Assembly: GCF_009914755.1 (NCBI RefSeq)
Contig: NC_060925.1
Origin: the human T2T-CHM13v2.0 reference genome, Homo sapiens
Direction: 5' to 3' (one strand)
Length of the DNA: 64,000 nucleotides
In this document: positions 46,666 through 60,878 of the stretch, piece after piece
Layout of the letters: each line of letters starts with the position of its first letter
Numbering within the stretch: position 1 is the stretch's first letter
Position numbers and translations under genes: made by a program
Notes under the pieces: generated by a model
Told to the model about the DNA's origin: nothing
The model's input: the letters and a program-made list of their open reading frames with translations, nothing else
The model's database searches: none

Positions 46666-49600
46666 GTAAGTAGTAATGGGAGAACTTTCTAGAAACCATG
46701 TCTGGAGGAGGGGTTCAGGAGCTGAGATGCTGAGCCTGGGGTAGGGAAGACTTGAGTGGGGCAGGCCCTACAAAAAGGGGTTCCATCAATCCAAATAAGG
46801 AAAAGTCACAAAGGAAAGGTCTGGTCTCAATAGTGAAGGGCATTGTTCCCTGAGAGATCAGTGTGTTGTCACAGGAGACAGGAAGCTCTGAACACTTCAA
46901 GACATGCTTAGAAGGCCCCCCGATGTCAGCAGAAAAGGGGCTGCTAATGTCATCTCAGAAACCAAGTTATCCCCATGCAACAAAATCAATCACGTATCAA
47001 AACATGATGGAGAGACAGCCTGCAGAAGTCAGATGGTTCCCGGAGCACTACAGGATAAAAAGGACCTTGAAATACAGAAGACAAAGTACAGGCTCATGAA
47101 TGTCTGGACACACCAGCAAATTGAGCCTGACCAACTGCACTGACATCCTGATGAGTCAGCTTGAATCAAGAAGATGGGTCCCAAATAACTCAGGGTCATG
47201 CAGCAGAGAGAGATGGGGATTAGTCAAGTGTGTTCACTCTCTCACCGACTCTTCCTGATTGAATTCCCACACTATGCTAGGCACTTTTTAGGGAGCTGTG
47301 TATATTTTCTTTGGAGGCACAGGGTTAGGCCATTATCTCTTCCAAGGACAGCAGTTTCTCTGTGAATTTATTCCTTGTCCACCAAAAACCTTCTATTTCC
47401 TCTTTTAGCCTCCATGGTTACCTGAAAATAGGAAGGAAGGAAGTCTACGATGATGGAGCCATAAGATATATGCATTCTTTACTGTAAAAGATCACACAGA
47501 AATTCTAGTTTATAGATTCCCCAATGTTACCATTCAGCCTTTGGAAGCCTGATTCAATTTGAAAGAGTAGATAAAATATAGTTTCTAGAACTGACAAGGT
47601 GAGGATGAGACCCAAGACCAGGGTGTGGCCACTACCATGTGAACACTGGGAGGTCCTCCAACCTCCCCTGACATTTCTCTTGAACTTCTCAAAGTTACCT
47701 GCTTGGACCCCAGGGGTATGAGTTCCAAGGGCCCGATCAGCTATGAGATTATAGGCTGAACTCAGGCATCAGAATTGTTAGAGCTTTATCTCAGTTCTGA
47801 GAAATGGTTAAAACCACCCTTGGGCAGTCACACGTGGAATCACTTATTTCATTACTATGGACATTTTCTTGTAGGAACAATACATAGTGAAAATCCACTG
47901 GGATAACCAACATAAAACTGATTTTGTTTTCAGTTTGATATAGCAATTGCATTTTATTTGTTTGTTGTAAGTATTGGTAAACTTTCTTATTTTTTAAAAA
48001 CAGACATCTGTAAAATTATATACTTTTTTCCTATAATATCCTTTAAAGCTGCTTGAAAAATGTTTATTATGACAATGTATAAAACTGGTATACATGGCCA
48101 ATAATAAATTTTTTCTCTAGGTTGATGGTCCTTACTAAAAGCATTTTCTCACCTCTTGAGTTTCCACTTCTCTTTCCACTGATTGAAATGGGTTGCATCC
48201 AACCTGCATTCTTGAAATGGAGACTTCTTTAGTGAAACTCCAACACCCACTACACATCGGTGGAGAAGGCAGAACAGCCAGGGGACATACTGCAACCCCT
48301 CTCCTCTGGACCTCAAGTTTCTCCTCCACTGTCTATTTGTTATTTCTCTCCTGTCTCAGGATGAAAGTGTCTTTTCACTCCTTCGATGCTAACTCATCAA
48401 CTTGTACTCTTGGTCCCAAAACTCTGATTTGGCTTGTGGCTTACATTAGCTCCTCAACATCTTTCCTTCATGGCTGGATCTCACCCTTCAGGTTTACAAA
48501 CTTAGTTCACTTCCCTGCGGACTAAAAAACACAAGTCTCCATTTTACTCTGGCTCTTCTCGGAGCAACCATTTTACCTCCTTCCTTCCCACCACAATTGC
48601 CCACTGACTCTGCTACACTTCTCTGTCTACCTTCTGCCCTTGCCACTTAAGAAGGTTACACACATCCAAACCACCAAATCCAAGAGACTTGGATCCTTAA
48701 ATGCTGCTGAACCTCTGAGGACATCTAACGTTGTTTCTTTCGTCTTTTTTCCTTATGAATCTGGTTCTTTCTTTGAAACCCCACATTTCTCTGATTTATC
48801 CACCTTATCTTCTTCCCCTTTCCTATAGAATATGGCCATGTCTGGCTCACCACTCTTGGTGGTCATCTGCTTGATGTTTTACTGCTCTGCCCAGTTGTCC
48901 TTCTTCCTCTCAATGGTGGTGGCTGCCCAATCTGCTGGACCCCTCAGTTCTAATTGTTAGCTCATTTCCTCAAAGAGATGGCTTTTAAAACCTAGCCCAG
49001 GCAAACCCAAACTCATCATCTTGCCCACTGTGCTAGATCTTTTCTGATTGTTTGCCCAATTCAAAATGGATTCTCCATTCTTTGGAGATGGACACCGATC
49101 TATAAGGTAGGCCCCAAGCAGCCATTTGACCTGACTTCCTGGTCACAGGTGACTGGCACAGGGACAGCCACCTGCCTAAGACTCCTGTTTTTAAGTGAGA
49201 GAAACAAGAACTGGATAAAGACTCAGTAGTGAATGGTACTGCTCTGAGAGAAAGGTGCATGGATTCCTGGTGCTAGGGGCCCTTAGAGCTGCCCCACTTC
49301 CCATCTTCCTGGTTAATTCAACTCTTCCATGGATCTCTCATATATGCTAGGAAAGTTCTAGTACAGTCTGTCTCTTAGCTAAGCTTGCTAGAGTTGGCTC
49401 CTACTTAGAAAACTTTTAAGTAGTGAATCCACTGACATTTGTCATCCAAGAATCTCTCTCTCTGTCCGAAACCCCACCCATTCCCTTCCCCAGCGAGGGC
49501 TTGAAATTTGACTCTGATCGATCTTTCTGTGCAACCCACATCCAGAACATTCAAACCTTGTGCATTTTATCTCCAAAATAATCCTCTCCTCCAAGTCCTC

Positions 49601-50809
49601 TGCTACTGTCCTGGTTCCAGTCTCTGTGATCTCTTTTCTGGGCTTGTCCAGCCTCTCCAGGCTCCAGTTATCATTCGGATCGTATCACTTTTCTGCCTAA
49701 TATCTGAGGCTAAGTCTTGTAACTCTTACCACAGCATTAAAAACCCTTCTCCATCTGGCTCACAGGTGCACAGGGCTCATCATCTGCTATTTCCATTCCT
49801 ATGTGCCAGCCAGGCCTGATCGCCGACCTTATCCAAACATTGTCCATGCTTTGCATCTTTCTTCTATGATTTTTGTACTGCTGATCCCTTTGCCCGTTGG
49901 CTCTGGTAAAATCTTTCTTCTTTAAGGTCTATCTCAAGTCCTTTTCCTAACCCAGGGGATAGAGAAACGTTCCTCTATCTTCTGGGACAGGAGTTCCCTG
50001 CTAGACTGGGAGGCATGGCTCCCTTTGATTCCTGGCACTGCAGTGGTTGATTGGTAAGTGGATATTGAGTGCACAGGATCGTACACCATCCCAATGTCCA
50101 CCAGGTTAGGAAAAGGCCTAGAGAGAATAGCCAAAGTCAAAGCATTTTCTACTGTCACTGCTTACCACGCTTTAAGCCAAAGTCAGGAAAAGGCAGGCTA
50201 GGGGTGCTGAGTGGTGAATTACATGGACTGTGCCCCAGACCTCCAGACCTCAGTGTCTGAAAAACAAGTTACTCATGAAACTGGTTTTAGACTCCAGGAA
50301 AAACACATTTATGTGGCTTGCTGTTCATAAAACACTTCCATATAGATGAACTGATTGAAATTTTCACTGTGACCCCAGTAAGCAGTTAAAGTTTATCGAT
50401 ATAAGTGAGGAAATAGCCAGGTCAGATGTAAATCACAGACCTTCAACAGGAAACAGTGTTCCTTCTCTCGGCTACCTCCAGTGCAAGTGTTAAAATACAA
50501 CGAAAAAGGCTATTGGGGAAAGTCTGAATAGGGCAGAGGACGGCTCTGCTTCTAAAGCACGTGATGTTCTCCCCACCTTTGTTGTCACGCATGTGAGCAT
50601 CCCTTGCCAGCCTAGGGAGGCTAACCACACAGGACAGAAAATGTCACTCTTTCTCCAGGAATAGGTATTATCCCCAAACACTTTGATTTGATGATAAAGT
50701 ATATCAGTTTTTCAGAAACCTATTTCCCCCATCAACTCCCCACCTCTAGGTTCAACCTGGAAAATAATCTGCACGCATGTGTATGAGTTTTAGCAGGAGG
50801 GGATATGCA

Positions 50810-51649
50810 TGTACACATATGCATATACATACAGGTTTATTTAAGTGATTGGATCTACACTTTTGGAGGCTATTTGAAGTATCTTATCAAAATAAAACGC
50901 ATTTTAAGCAAGAGGTTAAAAAAGCTTTTCAGACCCGAAGGCCATTTAATACAGTAAATCTTACTTGGGTAGTTTAGCAAACATTTTTTAAAACCCACAT
51001 CCAACAGATTGGTTAGTATTAGATACACAGATTTGGTTTCAAAGCTGAAATACCCCTGGTGGAATAAATCTTCTCATGAAATTCAGTTATATTATGCCAC
51101 AAAACAGGGACACTTATCTATTGACAACTTAAATATTAACTCAGTAGGCTACCTGGTGATATAAATAGGAAAAAAACAGTGGTCATGGATTAGGAGTGAG
51201 AAGACTATGACACCAGCCTACCTTGGACTGGGACCGCAAAGGATGTTAAAATCTATCCTAGAATTTAAAACAGGAAAAATGTCAAATATTCCACTCCCCA
51301 TTCGGCCCAAACCATCCCCCAAGGAATACACCCCCACCCCACCCCCACATGAGGTTTACTAACCAGCTGCTACAGATGTTACTATGTCACTAATTAACAA
51401 TGATCACAGAAAATGTGTCATACCAGAGTTTTTGTTATCATACACAATGCATTAGTGGCTGCAGGAATCTTCCTCCAAAAGCTACCGTCAGAAGGCAAAC
51501 TGACAAATGTCCATGCCGCTGGTCCAAGAAACCACAGCTAAGAGCCATGAGGCATTCATTTGTACATTGAGCTCTCTCTGGCATGCTCCCCACTCTAGTT
51601 AGAGGGGCTGGGGTATGGAGAGACCGTCCCAGCCGGGCGCTGCAGCCTC
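50810..51649 (-). other. WLS: WLS canonical 3'UTR
   Basis: Runs from the TAG stop to just past AATAAA at 50836-50841; no obvious repeat. End point approximate. Confidence 0.8.
50836..50841 (-). terminator. WLS: Poly(A) signal AATAAA of the canonical WLS transcript
   Basis: TTTATT on +, followed on the minus strand by a UG/U-rich stretch; an upstream ATTAAA lies at 50945-50950. Confidence 0.75.
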
Positions 51650-51759
51650 CTACTCCTGGGCCTCCTTGCGGGTCAACTTGTAGATCTCAGTGGGTCCGTC
51701 CACATGGGTGATAGTGGTGGTGAGCTGGAGTTCTTCCCCACTATGGACACCCAGATCGC
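51650..51759 (-). CDS. WLS: WLS canonical last coding exon, (G)DLGVHSGEELQLTTTITHVDGPTEIYKLTRKEAQE*
   Basis: Branch point CTAAC and acceptor CCCTGTTTCAG|GC; phase 1 matches the upstream exon; peptide is the WLS C-terminus ending KEAQE. Confidence 0.97.
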
Positions 51760-52019
51760 CTGAAACAGGGTTTTCGGTGTTAGATGCATTCAAGGAGGAA
51801 GGAGAAGCAAGCTGGGGTTCATCTCATGGACAACTGCCCTGATGCTAGCCCTCTTTGACATTCTGAGCACACAGAGACACCTAGGGCACACAACATTCAG
51901 AACAAGGACTAACTCCAAACCTGTTCACTTGGACTTTGCAGAACTTTTTAAAATACCATTTTTGGCTCCTAGATGACAGTCATTAAGATACGTGAGTCAG
52001 CTCACTGCTGATATTATTC

Positions 52020-52200
52020 ATAGTAATCATTAACATTTAATGAGCATTTACTTTGTGCCTGACGCTATTCTAATCACTTTGTAAGTGATCTTCTTTAATC
52101 CTCGCAGAAGCCCTCTGAAGTAGGCAGTATGAACGTGCCAGCCTTACAGATGAGGAAGCTGGGAGGTAGGCAAGGTAATTGTCCTGGGTGGAGGAGCAGG
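52020..52200 (-). mobile_element. MIR
   Basis: TAACATTTAATGAGCATTTACTTTGTGCC...TTTAATCCTC...TTACAGATGAGGAAGCT. Confidence 0.65.
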
Positions 52201-52332
52201 CCCACAAGAGAGCTGGCAAAGGAACATCTGATGCCAAGACCAATGTGATGGGCTAAACCAGCATAACACCCCTCCCAACGGATGGGTCAGTCAGGCACCA
52301 ACACATTTGCTATGAATAATTTACAAAATAGG

Positions 52333-52636
52333 AGCCAGGTGCAGTGGCTCAGGCCTGCAATCTCAGCTACTCGAGAAGCAGGGGTAGGAGGACTGCTTGT
52401 GGCCAGGAGTTTAAGATCAGCCTTGGCAACAGAGCGAGACCCTGACTCTAAAAAAAAAATTTGTTTTAATTACCTGCGTGCAGTAACTCACACTTGTAAC
52501 CTCAGCTACTCAGGAGGCTGAGGCAGGAGGATCACTGGAGCACAGGAATTCTAGGCTGCAGTGAGCTATGATTGCACCACTCACTCCAGCCTGGGTGACA
52601 GAGTAAGACTTTGACTCTAAAAAAATAAAAAAATAA
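52333..52636 (+). mobile_element. AluJ (diverged)
   Basis: Alu dimer with GGCTGCAGTGAGCTATGATTGCACCACT and an A-rich tail. Confidence 0.88.
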
Positions 52637-54119
52637 ACTACAAAGCATCTATGTCACGTGAAAGCAAATAAGACCTGCTTATATCTATCCATAGATTGGG
52701 GAAGGAGCCATGTCTAACACATCTAGGAACAATGAGGGGCTTTATTCTCCAGGAAAAAAGAAGTGCCAGAAACGTGCTGTGCATTTCCTTCTGCCCTCAG
52801 GATTGTCCTAAGTGTTCTGAACTCATTATCAGTGGACAGTGTTCTGCTAAAATGGAATAATTTGAACTTTTGTAAATTAGTAGGAGAAAAAAATTTTCTC
52901 TAAGTTAAACCTCGAAAACTCTGCTACCTGCCATAAGACAAGTGAATGTATAAACAACAAAGGGAAAATGGAAAACGCAACCACGCTCAGTCTGACTGTG
53001 TGTGGGGGTGCACGTGTGCACACATGTTTGTGGAGAGGGGTGCTGGGGAATAGAAAGTTAAACTTGTGTCAGTGATTTTTATATTGTGCACATATCATAT
53101 GATAAGTTTTCTGGAACTGAAGTTTTTCTAATTTAAAGCATAGAATTAAGTAACTAAATGCTGTTTTCCATTGAAATGCCATACCATAACTTAGAAGCAG
53201 CCTTGGCCCTACCCTTAGGACTAGTAATCTTATCACTAATTTAAGAACTGCTAGGCATCAATGAATCTGGTGGCCTTAGAACCCCAGATGTCACTCCCAC
53301 CCACTGGCCCAGCAGGCTGCTTGGCTGGTTCCCTTCACGTGTGCCACGCAGTATTAGTTTCTCATCGTAGACCCATTTCTCTGTGGCTGCACAGCAAAAT
53401 CAGTCCTATTATTAAATGCCACCCTGTAAGCTCTCTACCCAGGAGATTCCCTGGCCTCAGAAGCAGACTCATTGGCTGCTGCAGAGGACTGCTGAAGACA
53501 TTTGGGGCTGTTTTGGCAAGGGTCTAATCCACAGGACTATGGGTAGAGAAGGCATTAAAGGGGCATCAGTCCAGCCTCCAGCACATCCACATTCATCTGC
53601 CCTCAAGCCAGAGCATAGATGCCAAGTAAGGCTGGTGAGAGGCTTTAGCTGGGCTACTTTGGGCCAAGCTGAACCACCACTTGTACAGTGAGCAACTACT
53701 CCCAGGCCAATAACTTGTATTCTCACTGCTGCAACATCTAGTCCACACCTCAGTCAAGCACAAGCAGTCTAAGCTTCACATTTCTCAGTCAAAGCTATTT
53801 CTGGATTTGCATATCTGGGCTAGCCATCAGAACTTCAAAGCCAGTTTCATGATCTGCATGTCTGTGTGAGTCATCAAAATTTCAAAGAGTCCTGACCACC
53901 CCAGTGGACCCATTAGCACTCATAACCGTTTACCTAAGGAATCCCTTTCCCTGAGGACTTCTTAGAAATAGATGCTAGAGAGTAATTCTACTCAGGCTTT
54001 GAACCAAAGATGTTAATTCTTTAAACTTAAAATATGACTCCAATTAGCAGATCTTAGAATATGCATATGATCCTACAGATCACTTGAAAAAACAGCCAAA
54101 ATTGCTTTGGCTTCTTTAT

Positions 54120-54350
54120 TTAAATGGATACCTATGTCATAATGCTTAACACGTGCCTGACACAGTTCTAAATACTGTACAAATATTAATGCACTTAATT
54201 CTCATAGCAGTCCTCAGAGGCACTATTATCATCACTCCCATTCTGCCGATGAAGAAACTGAGGCACAGAGAGGCTAAGTAACTTGCCCAAGGCCCAAGCT
54301 GCTAAATAGTGTGTGGGATTCAAATAAATAGGTGCCAGGATGCAGGCTCT
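54120..54350 (-). mobile_element. MIR
   Basis: GATGAAGAAACTGAGGCACAGAGAGGCTAAGTAACTTGCCCAAGG. Confidence 0.8.
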
Positions 54351-54466
54351 CAACTTTTGGGTTCTGCTGCCTCTTCTTAAGTATTCAAGTTTCCAGCAGC
54401 CAGTGAGACTGCCAGTGAGGTATGAAGTCCACACGCAGAGCATTACAGCTAAAAATATCCGCATAC

Positions 54467-54766
<300 letters not shown>

Positions 54767-56110
54767 CTACACATAAAATAATTTGAATAAATTGTTTAGC
54801 ATATTTACTTTGCTTTTGTATCTGATAAATTTATAGCATATAAATCAGTGCACTGACAGGAGAGCTGTTATAAATTTATGAGTATTGGCCATATGCACTG
54901 TTAGGGGTTTAGCATGCCCTGTATTTCCTTGTACGATGTGAAGCTACTGTGGCATAATTAATTTCTCTACTGTGCTGGATGAGGACCCAGATAATGGGAC
55001 TCCATGCACCAAAATCTATGTTTCACATGTGATTTTATTGTACCTTGAAGGCCAACTGTTCCCCCTTGGGGAATGGGTGTGTGAACGTGGCAGTAACATA
55101 GCACGAGTGGAGATCCCTCCACTTGCCTCCTAATTCCATCACCTCCTACTTCTGCCAAGGTCTTGCTCCATCTGTTAGTTTCCCCCTCTCTTGGCTCCTG
55201 CTGTTCAGTGCACAAACATGCTCAAAAGTCTCTTCCCATCTCAGACAAGAAAAAACCCTTCTGAAAATGTGATATGTGTCTTGGGGTGAAAAAGAGTGAG
55301 AAAGAAAAAAGAAAAGAATGCTTTAGTTTGCAGTAAATTTCTCTCCCTGGTTATGATGTCAAATTCATCACAGCTCATTAACAATTAGATGACGGTCTAT
55401 TTCTTCCTAACCTTGTGAAATGAGACCAATCTCTGGCACAGATTTCATCCCAAAGGACTACGGCAATGCATCCATATGTGTGGAGTCACATCCACAGGTG
55501 TGTAAGCGGCTGCTTGGTTGTAACTGCCTGGAATGCCTAATGAGGATGAAGAAAGCCATATGCACTGGAGACAGCTTCTTAGGACCGGCAGCATTTTAAT
55601 GACAATTGTTTGTGTATCTGTGCCCACTTCAATAAAAATGACAACAGCTACTCTCATTCTGAGGATGTATTACAGATTCCGGGAGAGATCGGAGGTACCA
55701 CTAGAGGTCTTCTAATATTAATAAGGCCTACGTACTTCCATCCTCACCACTACCAATGCAAATTAACACCCCACTGCCCAAGTGTGAAAGCCAGGGAGCT
55801 CCCATACCATGAGTTCATATTTGTTCTCAAGGTCATACACAATGTGTGCCGGAGCCAAGATTCCAAACCATCTGTGTCTACCTCCAAAGCTTATGTTCTT
55901 TCCAGAACATTCATGACCTATCCTTTTTTGTAGAATTTTCCCTAGGCCCACACCAACCTCTCTCCTATTCACCTTCAAAGCTAAGTTCAAATGATAACTT
56001 TTTGTAACGAAGTCTCTGGTTCACAGCAGAATGAGAAAAACAGAAAAGTGTAGTATTTTAAAGCCAAATTATTTTCATGCAAAGAACTGTTTAAGAATAT
56101 GTCTGCCTTA

Positions 56111-56636
<526 letters not shown>

Positions 56637-57090
56637 TTTTTTTTTTTTTCCAAAGAAAGTAAATACCCAGGACAGTATGTGGTATATAGTAAGTGCTCAA
56701 AACACCCATGAAAGATTTGCCTGGTGCAGGCAAGGGCAGTTCCTCTGTACTCTGCATGGCTGGGTCTAGCCTAGCATATCGGCACTGGTGTTCTTCCCCA
56801 CTGGCATTTAGGAAAACACCCTCAGTTAGAAAACAAGTGTGCCTTGGGATAGCTCAGCTTTGAGGATCCCTTCTGGGAGATGGGGCAGAGTGGCTTTGGT
56901 GGACAGGGTTAAGAGCCCTGGGTCCAGTTGTCTCTCGGTGCCTGTCAACCCCAGAGGTCATTTATTCCAGGCTTGGAGCGAGCCATTGCCCATGGACCTC
57001 CAAAGCACCTCCTGACACTTACTGCCAGGCAGTAACTGCAAGTGGGAGAAGAACACAATAGAACTTATTAGTTTGGGGGTAAAATCTTGG

Positions 57091-57470
57091 TGTTACAGGC
57101 TGAATTGTATCTCCCCCAAACTCTCAAATTCATATATTGAAGTTCTAACCCCTAGAACCTCAGAATGTGACTGTGTTTAGAGATAGGGCCTTCTTAAAGA
57201 AGTAATTAAGTTAACAATGAGGTCAATTGGGGATGGGCCCTACTCCAACAGACTGGTGTCCTTTGAAAGAAAAGGAGATTAGAATATAGATATACACAAA
57301 GGGAAGACCACGTGAAGACACAGGGAGAAAGTATCCATCTACAAGCCAGACAGAGAGGTCTCGGAAGAAACCCACGTTGGTGATACCTTAATATCAGACT
57401 GTGAGAAAACAAGCTGCTGTTGTTTAGGACACCCTGTCTGTAGTATTCGTATAGCAACTCTAGCAAACAT
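57091..57470 (+). mobile_element. MLT1A/B MaLR solo LTR
   Basis: TGTTACAGGCTGAATTGT...CCTCAGAATGTGACTG...GTGAAGACACAGGGAGAA...TATAGCAACTCTAGCAAAC. Confidence 0.85.
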
Positions 57471-58471
57471 TTAGGAAGCCGAAGGTTCTTCCCAAGAAGG
57501 TAACTGAGATGTCCCTATCATGGTGGGGTGACAAGAATTCTAAGACTCAGAAAAAATGATTTTAATTGACTGGGCCAGGAAAGGTCAGGTCACTGGCACA
57601 GCAATAGCCCTGGGAGAGGCAGGGGGCAGAAGACACCTGATTACAAACAGCTGAGCAAGGGGTGCCAGGCTGGTGACGGTCCATCAGTTGGTTCCCACCT
57701 TCACTGGGGAATGGGAAAACGCTTTTAAGACCTGCTTTAGGGTCTGGGTCCAGCCCGTGTGACAAGACCAATCCCATCAGTGCTCACAGACATCAAGAAG
57801 CTCAGCTGGCCATGGGCAGATCATCTAATGTACAATCAGGGAGATGGCGTCAATAAAAGGGGGCAACCAATGTCAGGGCCTCAGGACTTAATCCAACGCT
57901 TTACCGAGGCAACAAAGCCAAAGCCATCTTTCCTATGAAACAAGGGGCAGGAGACCTCAGAAACCTCCAGGAGTAAAACTGACATCACACTGTAGCTAGC
58001 TGCCAAGACGCGGAACCAGTGTTGCCGCTTTTGCTCCCCGCAGAGTGGGTGCATTAGACAGAAAATGCTTAGCGTGAACAGAAATAGGAGGGAATGGTGG
58101 CAGTGAGGGCATCTTGTGTTCCCTCTGCCACAGTCATCTAGTTGGGAATTCTGTGTCTCACTTCTTTTTTTAAAACATTCTGACAAGAATTTTATAATCA
58201 AAAGAACACAAAAATCAAAGCTATTATCAAGAATTGTCTGACTTCATAAGCAGCTCCAACTTCTTATTCCCACCTGAATTGTGGTTGAGTGGGTTTGCAC
58301 AGTTTTTCATGTGTGCAGGGCTTTGCTGCTGGAGCCCCGGGAGGTGGTATTTTTGCTCTGAGAAGAGGATTCACTTTAGCCTGCTGCAATTCATATCTGC
58401 CTGGGAAGACATCCAGAATGATTCACAAATTGGTTATGGCAACAGGTAAAAAGAACAACTGTCATGAAAAG

Positions 58472-58517
58472 GCAGCGGCAGCAGCAGCAACAGCAACAGC
58501 AGCAGCAGCAGCAGCAG
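58472..58517. repeat. Interrupted CAG/CTG trinucleotide repeat (about 15 units)
   Basis: CAG CGG (CAG)3 CAA CAG CAA (CAG)7 on the + strand. Confidence 0.92.
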
Positions 58518-60560
58518 GGCAGAAAATATAAGTGTTCCTTGAAGGAAAGGTAACTAAAATATCTTTGCTAAATTTAAAAATCTATATGTGCACGTGTGTG
58601 TGTGTACACTCAGACACATATGCATAAAATGATTACACATATAATTCTATGTACATAAAAATAAAATGATTAATGTGAATGAGTTTGCACATTCACTGCC
58701 GCTATGGTCCACCAGCCAATAGGAAGGAACCCAGGGGAAGTCCACGAAAGCCTGTGGCTATAAAGAATGTGGCGCCACACTCCCGCAGCACCTATCTGCT
58801 GGTGAGAACACTCCAGTGTGGAGTTGTCCTGCCACCTTTCAAGAGGTAGATGAGGAAATCTTGTCCCCCAGACCAGGCTAAAGACCCCTTGAGAGCAAGG
58901 ACTATGTCTCTGTCACTCCTTCGAGCTTCACTTCACTCCATCTCATTCAAGATGGCACAAGGCTAAGTACTAAGGAACTAAGGTATGAGGTATGAGCTAA
59001 GTACTGAGGTGCTCAGTGGTTCATTTGTAAAGGGTCACTTTCTGATCCATACTATGAAAGAGAAACAGAAATATATGAGAAAATGCTCTTTGGAAAGTGA
59101 CCTTGTCTTGAACCTGTGGCCCACTTTGTTCTTCTCTGTCCATTCTATGACCAAAAGAGAGAAGAAAAAGTCTATCATGAAATGCTCAATGATTCCATTT
59201 CCTTCCTACCCACTTCTACTTCCTCCTGACACTTGGCATGTCCCTCCAACTCACATACCAAACAACCTCCATCAAAGATTCTTTCCCTTTTCTTATTGCC
59301 TTTGGCATCAGAAACTGCTTGTCTGTGCTCCGTCCAGGATCCATCTAACAAAGGCTGAAGCCCCACACACCTGGGATTCACTCTCTGTAGCAAGATATCT
59401 GAATTCCTAGCTCTGAAGCTTCAAAGCAAAGGAGAGAAAGAAATAGGGAGGGAAAGGCCAAAGCCAACTTAAAGACTTCCCATGAGAATGGAAAAGGAGC
59501 ATGGGAATGCTGGAGGTGGAGAGAGAATGCCATCCAGAGACTCAGAGAATGTAAAGACACATGTATCCTTCCTTGCAAGAGTTCTTCTTTGAGGTTTCCA
59601 CATAATATTCCAAACTAGGTCTTTCCAAGGAACTTTGAAATCTTGGCAAACGCTCCGTAATTCCTAGGATACATCGTGTGATCTGGTGGCAGATGAAGAG
59701 ATGAAAAGTGAAACAAAATAGAGAAGAAAAATAAGCAGAATGCCCAACATGGAAGAGACCCCTTCCAAATGCACAAGGTCACAGCACCATGCAGGAAAGG
59801 GAAGGGCCCACAAGCTGCCAGGGGTTCCCGGGGGTGCTGGGAAATCACAGATCATGTTACCAAAGGAGAACTGCTAAATCTTATGACTTTTGTGTTTAGG
59901 ATCAGCATATGGTCCCCAAATAGTTTGCCCACTAAATTGCCTGAAGAATGTTTTTTCACAGAGGGTCTACTTGGCATTTCACAGGCAGGACATTTCTTTA
60001 TGACATGAGCCTTGTTTTGCCTATTGAACAACATTTAGTAGCACCCCTAGAATCTGGACACTAAATGCCAAAGGCATGTCCCAGTTATAGTCACAAACCA
60101 AAACAACTGTGAACATTTAAAAACACCCACTTAGCAGAGGATTCAGGGGATATGACCTCTTGTTGAGAATTATTTGCAAGTTTTCCATGAAATTACAGAT
60201 CAAGCTGTCTTTGATGAAAAACTCTGTTGAGGAAGAGTGAAGTGCTTTTCTCAATTGCAACATTTCAAGCCTAGGAGACTGGCTACTGTGTAGGGTGGGA
60301 AGTCCTGATGGGAGCTGCCTAATATATGGCTCAAATCTCAAGAATCTGTCCAACATGGTGGTCTGTAGTCATCCTGCCTCTGCAGGGTTGGCCACAGCTC
60401 TGGGCTCCCACTTGCTGAACAGTGTTAAAGTTGGACACGTTCTCACCAGTGTTTGGAAATCCCTTACCTATGACAGATATCACTCTCTGGGCTGCCACTT
60501 AGTGGCAAGAAGTGTTCTTCTGCCCCTTCCCTGCTAATAGGAAGAAAGACAACCATGGAC

Positions 60561-60878
60561 TTTCTTTTCTTTTCTTTTCTTTTGAGACAGGGCCTCCTCT
60601 ATCTATCACCCAGGTTAGAGTACAGTGGTACAATCATGGCTTACTGCAGCCTCAAACTCCTTGGGCTCAAGGGATCCTTCTGCCTCAGCCTCCTGAATAT
60701 CTGGGACTACAGGTGCACACCACCATGCCTGGCTTTTTTTTTTTTTTTTTTTTTTTTTGTAGAGATGGGGTTTCACTATGTTGCCTAGGCTGGTCTCAAA
60801 CTTCTGGGCTCAAGCAATCCTCCAGCCTTGGCCTCCCAAAGTGCTAGGACTATAGGTGTGAGCCATTGCACCCAGGCT
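60561..60878 (-). mobile_element. AluJ
   Basis: (TTTTC)n tail, GGCTCAAGCAATCCTCC, T-rich linker. Confidence 0.9.

Noticed and set aside
60491-60508. Second CTCF-like palindromic motif
   Set aside because: Mismatch at a near-invariant core G (CCACTAAGTGGC); too weak to call.
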